DNA of 63,852 bases, filler included, from Chrysochromulina tobinii (GCA_001275005.1; 9 parts of 9 records of this genome joined end to end with filler, not necessarily neighbours in it); one strand, 5' to 3'. Counted from the first letter of the whole stretch, positions 10,567 to 21,661 are shown. The notes: a model not told the origin generated them from the letters alone. Numbers and translations are program-made.

Positions 10567-13500
10567 ATGAGCCCCCCTCAGAAATTCCGCAAAGCTGTGG
10601 CTCGTGCCACGACGATTACCATGCGCGCTCTCCGCCGCCTCCCAGTAGGCCGCCTTCCAGTAGCGGCGGGCAGCTCGCGAGGGTTGTCGACCAAGCGCCA
10701 GTCGATCAACATCACCACGACCGGGCCGCGCACACTTTACGACAAGATCTGGGATGACCACGTCGTCACAGGGAAATCGGACGGCCAGGCCTTGATCTAC
10801 ATCGACCGCCACCTGGTGCACGAGGTGACGTCGCCGCAGGCCTTCGAGGGCCTCGCGGTAGCCAACCGGCCGGTGCGTCGCCCCGACTGCACGCTCGTGA
10901 CCGTCGACCACAACGTGCCCACCTTCTCGCGCAAAAAGTTCACCACGGTCGAGGAGTTTATCAAGGACGACCAGAGTCGGCAGCAGGTCAAGGCCCTGGA
11001 GCAGAACGTGCAAAAGTTCAACCTGCCATACTTTGGGATGGCGGACAAGCGACAGGGCATCGTGCACATCATCGGCCCTGAGCAGGGCTTCACTGTACCG
11101 GGATCCACGTGCGTCTGCGGCGATTCCCACACGGCGACGCACGGCGCCTTCGGCGCGCTCGCGTTCGGCATCGGCACGTCGGAGGTGGAGCACGTGCTGG
11201 CGACGTCGACGCTGAACCAGAAGAAGGCGCTCAACATGCTCGTCCAGGTCGACGGCGATCTTCTTCCGGGCGTCACGTCGAAGGACATCGTGCTGCACAT
11301 CTGCGGCGTCATCGGCACCGCCGGCGGCACAGGTGCGTCGATCGAGGTTGCCTCTGATGGGGCTCGAATGGCCTCTGATGACCGCTTGATTGCCTCCCTC
11401 GTCACCGCTGGCGGCGCAGGCGCGATGATCGAGGTTGCCTCTGATGGGGCTCGGATGGCCTCTGATGACCGCATGATTGCCTCCCTCATCAGGCGCGACG
11501 ATCGAGTTTGCGGGGTCGGCGATCCGCTCACTCTCGATGGAGGCACGCATGACGATCTCGAATATGGCCATCGAGGCTGGAGCGCGTGCGGGGCTGATTG
11601 CGCCCGATGAAGTCACATTTGCATACCTCAAGGGGCGTCCGATGGTGCCCGCCACGAGCGAGCCCGAATGGGAACAGGCCGTGGCGTACTGGCGTAGCCT
11701 CGCGACGGACAAGGGCGCCAAGTTCGACAAGGAGGTGTACATCGACGCCGCGGATATCGCGCCGACGGTGACGTGGGGCACCTCCCCGGAGCACACCGCA
11801 CCGATCACTGGCGTCGTGCCAGACCCCACCGACGAAGCTGATCCTGCGCGCCGCGCGGCGTACGAGCGTGCACTCAAGTGCGTGATGACCTGTGGATGAC
11901 CTCTGATGACCTCTGATGACCTGTGCTGACCTGTGCTGACCTGTGCTGATGACCCTCTGGCGACCTTCTGATGACCCTCCAATGACTCTCTAATGACCCT
12001 CTGATGACCTTCTGATGACCCTCTAATGACCCTCTGATGGCTACCGTCGCTCTCTGCATGCAGGTACATGGGATTGACGAACCACGTCAAGAAGCCGCTC
12101 GCGGAGGTACCTGTGGATAAGGTGTTCATCGGCTCGTGTACCAACGGACGCATTGAAGACATCCGCGCCGTCGCGTCCGTCGCCAAGGGTCGCAAGGTGC
12201 ATCCGAACATCAAGGAGGCGCTGGTGGTCCCTGGCTCGGGTCTCGTCAAGGAGCAAGCAGAGGAGGAGGTGAGTGATGTCCTGAGGAGTGCGGCTGATTG
12301 CCCACGATTACGTGAGGGTGCGACCAATGTTCACACCGATTGCTGTGCGCGCATATTGGCTTCCACACTGACTGCTGTGCGCGCGCAGGGCCTCGACACG
12401 ATCCTAATCGAGGCGGGCTTCAAGTGGCGCGAGCCGGGCTGCTCTATGTGCCTTGCCATGAACGCGGACAAGCTCGGGGAGTATGAGAGATGCGCGTCCA
12501 CCTCGAACCGCAACTTTGAAGGCCGCCAGGGAGCTAACGGTCGAACACACCTATGCTCGCCGGTGATGGCTGCGGCGGCTGCGGTCACGGGCATGCTGAC
12601 GGACGTTCGCAAAATGGCGCTCTCGCACATCCCGACGCCGGTACGTGAATGGCCTGTGATGGCCTGTGATGGCGTGTGATTGCCTGTGAGGGCCTGTAAT
12701 GGCGTCTGAAGGCGTCTGAAGGCGTCTGATGGCGTCTGATGGCGTCTGATGGCGTCTGATGGCGTCTGATGGCGTCTGATGGCGTCTGATTTCGTCTGTT
12801 GGGTCTGATGGCGTCTGGTTGCGTCTGCATGCAGGGTGTGGATGGGATGGCGCATTCCGAGGTGATTGCCGCGGACTGGCGCGGCGCGGTCGGGTCAGCC
12901 GGGCCGGTGATCCGCGATCTCGATGTGGCCTCGGGAGGTGCGGGCATGCCCAAATTTGGCAACCTGAAGGGCGTGGCCGCGCCCCTCGACATCCAAAACG
13001 TGGACACGGACATGATCATACCGAAGGAGTACTTGAAGACCATTAAGAAGACGGGGCTCGGCTTCGCCGCGTTCGCCGAGCTCCGGTATGAGCTTATTCC
13101 GCCCTCTTGCGCCAGATTGGGTCTGATGGCGCCTGATGGCGACTGATGGCGACTGATGGCGCCTGATTGCGCCTGATTGGCTCTCGGCTTCGCCGCGTTC
13201 GCCGAGCTCCGGTGTGACAACCCTGTTCGAGGTGGCCCACACCCTGCAAACAAGCGCTCACCTCGACGCCCTCGCTCCCCACAGGTACACGAACCCAGTG
13301 CAGGTTGCGCAGGCGGGCACTCCCGATGGGGTCGCGATCGAGGTCGCGGACTTTGTGCTCAATCGGCCCGAGTACCGCGAGCGCTCGGGGCGCGATGGAG
13401 TCGGCACCAAGATCCTTGTGGCGGGCGACAACTTTGGGTGCGGCTCGTCGCGCGAGCACGCGCCGTGGTCGATCTCGGGCATGGGGATCCGCGCCATCAT

Positions 13501-13972
13501 CTCGACCTCGTTTGCGGACATCTTCCACTCAAACTGCATGAAGAATGGCATGCTGCCGGTCACGCTGCCGCGCGAGCAGGTGCTCGAGCTGCTCAAGGAC
13601 GCGGGAGATCTCAAGGAGATCGAGATCGACCTCGCGAGCCAGAGCGTCATCCGGGAGTGCGGCACCAAGTACATCTTCGACATCGATCCATTCCGCAAGA
13701 ATTGCCTGCTGAATGGCCTCGATGACATCGGGCTCACCATGCAGCAGATGGACGCGATTCGCCGATTCGAAGCGGCGCGCTCGGAGCTGTACCCCTGGCT
13801 CGACGGCGCCACGACGCGCGTGCCGCGCCTGTTCGCGATGAGCGCCGAGAATATGCCCGAGAATACCCCGAGCCACAATCTCAACACTCCGACGCCCGAT
13901 GAGTGGAGAGAAGAGGTGCGCGCGCGCCGCGCCGCGAAGCAGGCGGGCGGCCAGCGCCAGGCCGCGCAGTAA
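10567..13972 (+). CDS. LEU1: 3-isopropylmalate dehydratase, fused large (LeuC) and small (LeuD) subunits, with probable N-terminal targeting peptide
   Basis: Motifs [66 protein letters not shown], then [10 protein letters not shown] and [13 protein letters not shown]. Introns 11333-11492, 11878-12063, 12269-12388, 12641-12834 and 13086-13284. The start may be ATG 10621. Confidence 0.95.
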
Positions 13973-14574
13973 CGGACGCATGCTCGATCAGGGCAGTAGC
14001 TGCAGCGCATTCGGTCGACAGCCTGCGAACGTGAACCATCGGTGGACAGTCTGTGGACGTGAACAGCCGCAGCGCGCAGGCACTTTGGTGCATGGTGGGC
14101 AAAGGCGCATGCGCCGCGCGATAGTTGCGCCAACACGGGTCGTCGCAGTGGGGTTACATGATCGTGTGTGTACTCATTCAGGGCATAACTTCGCTTTGTA
14201 CTGTCAGCGTGTAGCGGAGAAGCCCATTTCGTTTCGACATTTCGTTTTTCGAAGCAACGTAATCGATTTGATCAATCAGCCGCTCGTCACCGTGCTGTCA
14301 CGAGTTGTCACCGCGCACCGGTCATTCCGCACTCCGCGTTGCACAAAACACACTATGCAATTGACACTATGAGTCGTATGTGTGGCCCCTCGGTAACGCC
14401 CTGACAGGTCCCTTTCTTACTATCCAGCTCCTTTCTTTCACGATCGTGCAGTGCGAAGCTTCGCTCTCCTTCGCTCGCTCCCAGCTCATAACGGAGCGCT
14501 CGCTCCCAGAGCTCCCACAGCTGAGCGCTCCTCATGTTCCCCCCTTGCCCTTTGTGCACCGCCTAACGAGGCAT

Positions 14575-14828
14575 GGCTTTGCCATCGACACCAAACTCAG
14601 GGGTCGTCGAGGGGACTGTGTGGATGGTTGCATGCAGGGGAGCGAGGGGGGCGATTTATACGGGTTCGCCATCGGCCCCAAGCACGGGGAGGCCTGGGAC
14701 TGTGTGGATGGCTGCGAGGGGAGCGATGGGGACCTGCGTTGATACGGGTTCGCCATCGTCCCCAAACACGGGGAGGCCTGGGACTGTGTGGATGGCTGCG
14801 AGGGGAGCGATGGGGACCTGCGTTGATG
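14575..14828. repeat. 84-bp tandem repeat (two near-identical copies plus one degenerate) spanning the stop codon of the Cys-rich gene
   Basis: STQVPIAPLAAIHTVPGLPV.G.DGEPV twice, and a third diverged copy in the 3' flank. Confidence 0.85.
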
Positions 14829-16143
14829 GTTGCGTAGCGGAGAGGAAAGCTTCGTTCAGCCGCATGTCGTAAGGCGCCGCGGAAGCCACTTCCCGCAACT
14901 GGGTCCCACGCACATCGGCCTGTCTTGCTGTCTTTCTGCGGCGGCAGCAGCAAACCAGACCGCCGCACAAGAGGCAGACGGCAAGGATGCTCGCGATGGC
15001 GATGAGCGGTACGGTAGGCGCACACGTTCCGAGAGACTGATCTTCGATCTGAATCAAGGTGAGCAGTGGCGTGCAATCCATAAAAAGGCCAACCCAAGGC
15101 CATGAAGCTTGGCAAGCGCCGACGTACGCCCTCAGTTTGATGTTGTCCGCCTTTCGTGTCATGGTGATCAAGTAGTACAGACTCGCTTTCCCTTGACGAG
15201 CGCCGTATGGGAGGTTCACCCCTGTTGGGATGTTGTCACTGATCCCGGCGTTTTCTGGCTTCCCCTTCTGCCAGCCAGCACCTGGAATCATGACGCTGGA
15301 TGTGAAGGGAATATAAGACGAGTCTTCGGATGTGCAAAGCTGCATGTCCATCCGAAGACCAACGGCAAAGCCTGGGTCAGACGTCTGGGTTTTGCCTGCA
15401 ACTGCTTGAGCCACTCCCGGAGCCACTAAACCAGAGGTCTGACCCAGGCACTCCAGTTGCAGCCCGGTGGCGAAGGGCCAGCCGGTCGTTTTGCAAGTGC
15501 AGGTGCCACCTGAGCTGTCACTCAAGCCATCGAAAGCTGCGCAAGAGACACCCCAACCCGGAGGCGGAGATGGGGCGGACCTCTGTAGCGGAGGTGGGGG
15601 GGAGGCGGAGGTGCCTGGAACCGTGGACGAGCATCCAGGGCCTGGGGAGGTCGAGCAGTTTGTGCCGCAATCATAGGCCATTATTGTGTTATCCGTCGTA
15701 CGGCAAGCACCGCAGCATCCTTGGTTAGTCTGGTAGGGCCGCCAGGCCGGGCACGAACCGCTCGGACGACTCCCGGTATCGTCGGAGGGAAGCGCGTCAA
15801 AGTTAGCGGGGCACGAGATCGGGGTGCTCGAACAAAAGTCACCAAACGTGTACGCGAGGCACTGGCTAACTGCCGTGCCAGTAATCAGGGGATTACTGGC
15901 TACTGAGCAGGAGCCGCAGCAGTTCCCCGTGGTCTTGCACGAACGGGTCGCAGGGCACGACCCGGATGCTGGCACCGGAATGAAGTTGGCCAAGCATGTT
16001 TGGGATGACGAGTGCTGAACAGTTGTGATCATGAGCATGAGAGACAAGAACCGAGCTGTTATCGGCATGGTGCGTTCGCGTTTCGGTGGGCTGCGATGCA
16101 CAAAACTGTCGTCGGTGTGCGGGGCTGCGTTCTCACTCGACAT
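14656..16143 (-). CDS. Cys-rich type I membrane protein of unknown function
   Basis: 495-aa ORF; signal-like ARFLSLMLMITTV; two Cys-rich SGSCPA.R...T.G.CCG.C modules; TM LIAIASILAVCLLCGGLVCCC followed by RRRK. Confidence 0.65.
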   Translation of the reverse strand: MSSENAAPHTDDSFVHRSPPKRERTMPITARFLSLMLMITTVQHSSSQTCLANFIPVPASGSCPATRSCKTTGNCCGSCSVASNPLITGTAVSQCLAYTFGDFCSSTPISCPANFDALPSDDTGSRPSGSCPAWRPYQTNQGCCGACRTTDNTIMAYDCGTNCSTSPGPGCSSTVPGTSASPPPPLQRSAPSPPPGWGVSCAAFDGLSDSSGGTCTCKTTGWPFATGLQLECLGQTSGLVAPGVAQAVAGKTQTSDPGFAVGLRMDMQLCTSEDSSYIPFTSSVMIPGAGWQKGKPENAGISDNIPTGVNLPYGARQGKASLYYLITMTRKADNIKLRAYVGACQASWPWVGLFMDCTPLLTLIQIEDQSLGTCAPTVPLIAIASILAVCLLCGGLVCCCRRRKTARQADVRGTQLREVASAAPYDMRLNEAFLSATQPSTQVPIAPLAAIHTVPGLPVFGDDGEPVSTQVPIAPLAAIHTVPGLPVLGADGEPV

Positions 16144-16389
16144 GGGAACGGGACGTAAGTACAGTGTGGAATCCTATTGACGAAATCTGAATGCGGACCG
16201 TGAACGGAACGACGATGATTCCAAAAGAGAAAGGGGAAACTGGAACGTCAAAAACGAAGCGTCGACGGGACACCTCACGGGATCAAGCGCCAAGGGCGTC
16301 AAGGCGTCAACACTTTCTTCTACCACGCTCCTCCACTGCGACAACGCCCGTAGCCTCCACGTAGCCTCCACGTAGCCTCCGCGGAACCA

Positions 16390-19300
16390 TCACTTTTGCA
16401 AAACAAAAGGCGAGGCCCGGGGGATGAGCGCGCGAGCCACCAGATCCCGCCTGCATGTCGGGCACTTTTTCTCGATGGGCAAAGGGCTGCCTGATTGCCC
16501 GGAGCCTTGCAGCCACTGGCTCAGGCAGCGCTTGTGGTAGTAGTTTCCGCAGCAAGGAGTGTGCCCGCACGCGGCCTCGCCTCGAGAGCTGGCGCTTGCT
16601 GCGCTCAAGTTCAGGGCTTCGAGGCAGATGACGCAACGAGCTGCGCCAGGGTCATCGCCGCTCTTCGCTGTGAGCTGTGGCTGAAGGGCCTCCGCTCGTG
16701 GCACGCCCACCTCTGCAAAGGCCACTGCAACCGCTGGCCGCTTGCGCGAGGCGTGCATGGTCGTGGCAGCTGGTGACGGCGGAGGCAGCGCCGACGATGA
16801 GGACGAGCCTTGCTGACTGCGCTGGTCGTCGCGCATTGCTGTAAGCAGCAGGCGCCAGCAGCGGAGCGCCTCCGCCAACTCGACTTCGCTTGGAAAGGGA
16901 GAGGGAGGGGCTGGGTCGGGCGCTGGGGCGGGCGCTTTGAGCACAGGACGGTGGGGAGGGCGGCGACCAGGGATGAGCCAGCCGTCGACGAGGTCGCGAA
17001 TGTAGCGTGCGCGGGCGAGGGAGGCCTCCTCCGGCGTCGCGAAGCAGCCGAGGTAGCGCAGCACGCTATTCTCCATCATATTTGCGTAGTACTTGCCACC
17101 CAGCTTGCGCACGCCTTTGAAGCCCGTCTCATTGCTCGACGACGGTACCAGCTCGAGCTCCTCGGCCGCCGCGGCCGCCCTAGCCTCGTCGGCTGTGAGT
17201 GGCTGCCGCTTTTCCCCCCTCGCCTCCGCCGCCTCTGCCGCCGCTCGCTCCGCCCCAATGTGCCTCGCGTAGCACAAGGCCGCCTCCTCTGGCGTCGCGA
17301 ACATGCCGAGGTAGCGCTTCTTGCGAGTATCGTTGAAGCTCGCCTCGTACTTGGCTCCACTCTTGTACACGCTCTTGAAGCCCGTCTCACTGCTCGACGA
17401 CGGCACCAGCTCGAGCCCCTCGGCCGCCGCGGCCGCCCTGGCCTCGTTCGCTGTGAGCGGCTGCGGCCCTTTGCCCCTCGCCTCCGCCGCCTCCGCCGCC
17501 GCTCGCTCCGCCCCGATGAACCTCGCGTAGCACAAGGCCGCCTCCTCCGGCGTTGCGAACATGCCGAGGTGGCGCTGCTTGCGATTCTCGCAACTCTGCA
17601 CCTTGTACCCGCCTCGATTCTTGACCACGCCCTTGAAGCCCGACGCACAGCTCGATGATGGCACCAGCTCGAGCCCCTCGGCCGCCGCGGCCGCCCTGGC
17701 CTCATCCGCCGTAAGCGGCTTCGACACTGCGACCTCCGCCTCCGCCGCCGCAGGAGCCGCGCGCTCCGCCCCAATGTGCCTCGCGTAGCACAAGGCCGCC
17801 TCCTCCGGCGTCGCGAAGCTGCCCAGGTGATGCACCTTGCAATTCTCGCAGAATTGCGCCTGGTACTTCTTGCCAACATGCTTGTGAACGCCCTTGAAGC
17901 CTGTCCCGCTGCTCGTCGACGGCACCAGCTCGAGCCCCTCGGCCGCCGCGGCCGCCCTGGCTTCATCCGCCGTAAGCGGCTTCGACACTGCGACCTCCGC
18001 CTCCGCCGCCTCTGCCGCCGCTCGCTCCGCCCCAATGTACCTCGCGTAGCACAAGGCTGCCTCCTCTGGCGTCGCGAACATGCCGAGGAAGCGCTTCTTG
18101 CGAGTATCGTTGAAGCTCGCCTCGTACTTGGCTCTACTCTTGTACACGCCCTTGAAGCCCGTCTCACTGCTCGACGACGGCACCAGCTCGAGCCCCTCGG
18201 CCGCCGCGGCAGCCCTGGCCTCGTTCGCTGTGAGTAGATCCAGCCCTTTGCCCCTCGCCTCCACCGCCTCCGCCGCCGCTCGCTCCGCCCCAATGTGCCT
18301 CGCGTAGGACAAGGCCGCCTCCTCCGGCGTCGCGAACATGCCGAGGTGGTACCGCTTGCCACTGCTCTTAAGCTCCGCCCTGTACTTGTCATGATTCTTG
18401 CTTACACCCCTGAAGCCCGTCTGATTGCTCGACGACGGCACGAGCTCGAGCCCCTCGGCCGCCGCGGCCGCCCTGACTGCCGCCGCGGCCGCCCTGGCCT
18501 CATTCGCTGTGAGCGGCTGCGGCCCTTTGCCCCTCTCTCCCGCCGCCTCCGCCGCTGCTCGCTCCGCCCCAACGTGCCTCGCGTAGCACAAGGCTGCCTC
18601 CTCCGGCGTCGCAAAGATGCCGAGGTGGCGCGTCTTGCCATTATCGTCGAAGCCCACCCGATACTTGCCACCAGTATTGTACACGCCCCTGAAGCCCGTC
18701 TCACTGCTCGACGACGGCACGAGCTCGAGCCCCTCGGCCGCCGCGGCCGCCCTGGCCTCATCCGCCGTAAGTGGCTCCAGCCCTTCGCCCCTCGCCTCCG
18801 CCGCCTCCGCCGCCGCTCTTTTCGCCCCAATGTGCCTCGCGTAGGACAAGGCCGCCTCCTCCGGCGTTGCGAACATGCCGAGGTGGCGCCCCTTGCGCGC
18901 TTTGTACTTGCCACCATGCTTGGAAACACCCTTGAAACCCGACTCAGCGCTCGTCGACGGCACCAGCTCGAGCCCCTCGGCCGCTGCGGCAGCCCTGGCT
19001 GCCGCTGTGGCCGCCCTGGCCTCGTCCGCCGTGGGCGGCTGCGGCCCTAACTGCGGCTCTGCGCCCCTCGCCTCCGCCGCCGCTCGCTTTGTCCGAATGT
19101 GCCTGGCGTAGCACAAGGCCGCCTCCTCCGGGGTCCTGAATCTGCCGAGGTAGACAAGCTTGCCATTCTCCCAGGCCTCAGTCGTGTACTTACCGTCCCT
19201 CTTGTACACGCCCTTGAAGCCCGTTTCATTGCTCGTCGACATCGCCAGCTCGAGCCCCTCGGCCGCCGCGGCGACCCTGGCCTCGTCCGCCGTAAGTGGC

Positions 19301-19683
19301 TCCAGCCCTTTGCCCCTCGCCTCCGCCGCCTCCGCCGCCGCTCGCTCCGCCCCGATGAACCTCGCGTAGGACAAGGCCGCCTCCTCCGGCGTTGCGAACA
19401 TGCCGAGGTAGCGCTTCTTACCATTGTCCTGGATCCGTACCTCATACTTGCCACATACATGCTTGGTTACGCTCTTGAAGCCCGTCTCGCCGCTTGTCGA
19501 CGGCACCAGCTCGAGTCCCTCGGCCGCCGCGGCCGCCCTGGCCTCGTCCGGCAGCATCTCGCTTGACCCAGCGCTGCTCAACCCATAATGAATGTGGCGT
19601 GCAAGGGCCGGTGGCTCGTCGATACGAGGACGGCCGCTCCCGCCGGTGCCGCTGTCAGACAGAACCTTGAGTTTGCGCTGCTG
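16390..19683 (-). CDS. Tandem AP2-like domain array (10 units of about 86 aa) with a C-terminal RING finger; probably 5'-partial
   Basis: Repeated EARAAAAAEGLELVPSSS.ETGFKGV-x14-20-LGMFATPEEAALCYAR matches the AP2/ERF pattern (GV...LG.F.T.EEAA.AY). RING-like CVIC...CCGNYYHKRC...CPTC. The frame is open to the contig edge. Confidence 0.85.
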   Translation of the reverse strand, partial: QQRKLKVLSDSGTGGSGRPRIDEPPALARHIHYGLSSAGSSEMLPDEARAAAAAEGLELVPSTSGETGFKSVTKHVCGKYEVRIQDNGKKRYLGMFATPEEAALSYARFIGAERAAAEAAEARGKGLEPLTADEARVAAAAEGLELAMSTSNETGFKGVYKRDGKYTTEAWENGKLVYLGRFRTPEEAALCYARHIRTKRAAAEARGAEPQLGPQPPTADEARAATAAARAAAAAEGLELVPSTSAESGFKGVSKHGGKYKARKGRHLGMFATPEEAALSYARHIGAKRAAAEAAEARGEGLEPLTADEARAAAAAEGLELVPSSSSETGFRGVYNTGGKYRVGFDDNGKTRHLGIFATPEEAALCYARHVGAERAAAEAAGERGKGPQPLTANEARAAAAAVRAAAAAEGLELVPSSSNQTGFRGVSKNHDKYRAELKSSGKRYHLGMFATPEEAALSYARHIGAERAAAEAVEARGKGLDLLTANEARAAAAAEGLELVPSSSSETGFKGVYKSRAKYEASFNDTRKKRFLGMFATPEEAALCYARYIGAERAAAEAAEAEVAVSKPLTADEARAAAAAEGLELVPSTSSGTGFKGVHKHVGKKYQAQFCENCKVHHLGSFATPEEAALCYARHIGAERAAPAAAEAEVAVSKPLTADEARAAAAAEGLELVPSSSCASGFKGVVKNRGGYKVQSCENRKQRHLGMFATPEEAALCYARFIGAERAAAEAAEARGKGPQPLTANEARAAAAAEGLELVPSSSSETGFKSVYKSGAKYEASFNDTRKKRYLGMFATPEEAALCYARHIGAERAAAEAAEARGEKRQPLTADEARAAAAAEELELVPSSSNETGFKGVRKLGGKYYANMMENSVLRYLGCFATPEEASLARARYIRDLVDGWLIPGRRPPHRPVLKAPAPAPDPAPPSPFPSEVELAEALRCWRLLLTAMRDDQRSQQGSSSSSALPPPSPAATTMHASRKRPAVAVAFAEVGVPRAEALQPQLTAKSGDDPGAARCVICLEALNLSAASASSRGEAACGHTPCCGNYYHKRCLSQWLQGSGQSGSPLPIEKKCPTCRRDLVARALIPRASPFVLQK

Positions 19684-19783
19684 NNNNNNNNNNNNNNNNN
19701 NNNNNNNNNNNNNNNNNNNNNNNNNNNTTAATTAATTAANNNNNNNNNNNNNNNNNNNNNNNNNNNNNNNNNNNNNNNNNNNN
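19684..19783. other. Artificial contig-joining linker; also at 27983-28082, 33562-33661, 36945-37044, 47415-47514, 55677-55776, 60210-60309 and 62083-62182
   Basis: Identical N44-TTAATTAATTAA-N44, with stops in all six frames. Confidence 0.99.
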
Positions 19784-21504
19784 AAGGGGCGGGGGCGAGG
19801 GCGGCGGAAGCGGTGGCTGGGGTGGCGGCGGTGGCTGGGGCTAGGGCGGCGGCGGTGGCGGTGGCCTCCATGGCGGAGGCGCGAGCGGCCTCCTCCTTAG
19901 CCTCCTTGTCTTTGGCCAGCTTGCGTGCGGCTGCCTCCTCCTGAGCCTCCTTGTCTTTCGCCAGCTTGCGTGCGGCTGCCTCCTCCTGAGCCTCCTTGTC
20001 TTTGGCCAGCTTGCGCAGGGCCGCGTACCTTTCATACTCGGCCCACACCTCGCCCCACTCCGCACGCGTGCGCGGCTTGTAGCCGTTCTGCGACTCAAAG
20101 GCTACCTCGTACGTGTACAGCGTCGACTTCACAGCATCCAGCTGCTGCTGCACATCGTCCGTCGGCGCGAGCGATTTGGTGATGATCGGTGCCATCACGG
20201 CACCCAGCTTGCTGCGGGGGGACTGACTCACGTCGGCATGGGCCACTCGACGGGGCGGCGGCGGTGGCGGCGGCGTGGGCGGCGGTGCGACGCTCTTGGG
20301 AACCGGCTCATCAAGTACGACAGGCACAGCTTGGCCTGCCGAGCCGCTGGCAGTCGCAGCCGGTGGCGACGGCGGTGCTGCTGCCGGTGCGTCGCTCACG
20401 ATGTGTTCATTCCTGCCAAACGACTCGTTGCGTGAGCCGACGAAACCGACGTAACGCCGAGGGCTGCCTGAGATCGGCGGGGCTTGGTTGCCTGCCGCAA
20501 AGGACGTCCCGTCCAACGAGAAGAAGTTGGGCCCGACCGTGTTCCCTTTGCGCCCGTCATTGGCGATCCATGACTTGGTCGTGTCATAGACCTTGACCCT
20601 GTGCTGCCGCTCCAACGCGAATCGAATGGCGTCGGCGGTGGCGAAGTCGCGCCGCGCCTTGGCCTCCTGGCGCGCCTGCAGCTGCGCGATCAGGTCTGCG
20701 TTGCTGATCGTCGCGCCCGGCGGCGCCTCGCCCGTCGCAGCGCTCGGCGCGCTCGCCAGCGGATCCAAAAAGTAATCGGGGCCCGAGGTGTTGCCTCTGT
20801 GAGGGTCGCGGGGCAGAGGAGGAGGGGGATAAATGGAGGAGAGGGAGCAGGCGGCGGGGCGAGCGGGCGGAGGCACTGCTGCGGCTGCTCGCGCGTGCAG
20901 CGCACCGGCGCCCGTCGGCTGCGGCCCACGTGCCAATCATCCCCGGCTGGCGCCCGTCGATGATCTTGATGCCGTACCCGTCTAGTTGGCCCCAGATCGC
21001 ATCGGCCGCTGCAAAGTCACGGCGCGCCTTGGCCTCGGCGCGCGACTGGAGCAGGTGCGCCAGCTGCTCGTTCGTCAGTCTCGGCATCGGCGGGGCCGCG
21101 TGAGCGGCATCATCTGCGAAGGCCGGAGCAGCGGACGCGGCGGGATCTTGTGCTGCGGGCTCTTGGACAATGGGCGGCGGCGCAGACGCGGACGCGACGC
21201 CCGCGGCGGATGCAGCAGCTTCGGCGGTCGCGGCAGGGTCGACGGAAGCATTCGCGGCGGCTTCGTCCGTCGCTGGCGCAGCAGCCATGGGCGCAGCGCA
21301 AGCGAGGGACGCTGCTGCAAGTCCCTCGCTTGCGGTCAATATCTCGCCCGCTTCAGCATCAGGGCCATCCTGCGCGCTCGCGCTCTCGCTCGCGGCAGCG
21401 GAAGCAGCAGCGTCGTCAGCCGGCACCTCTCCTTCCTCCGGGTCATCCTCGCGGGCGCGCTTGCCCGCGCCTTCGGGCTCGTCGTCGTGTATTTCTCTCT
21501 TCAT
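19784..21504 (-). CDS. 3'-partial protein with two CysRS anticodon-binding-like helical repeats and a C-terminal coiled coil
   Basis: LQSRAEAKARRDFAAADAIWGQLDGYGIKIID and LQARQEAKARRDFATADAIRFALERQHRVKVYD resemble the CysRS C-terminal R..AR..KDF..AD.IR..L motif. Intron 20797-20905 joins the two ORFs (DGRR-GNTSGP). Confidence 0.65.
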
Positions 21505-21661
21505 GACGACGTGGTCGTGCGCGGCGCGTTCTCCTAACAAGAGACGCGAAGTTCCCGAGAATTGAATGTTACACAACCCAGGTAGACTCACTTTTAACGT
21601 GACCTATTTCGCGGGAACGGCATGCGGCGAAATTGCCGCGACTAAGGCCGACGACGCGCTC

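Noticed and set aside
19684..19783. Repeated TTAATTAATTAA flanked by Ns
   Set aside because: Artificial linker; adjacency across it has no biological meaning
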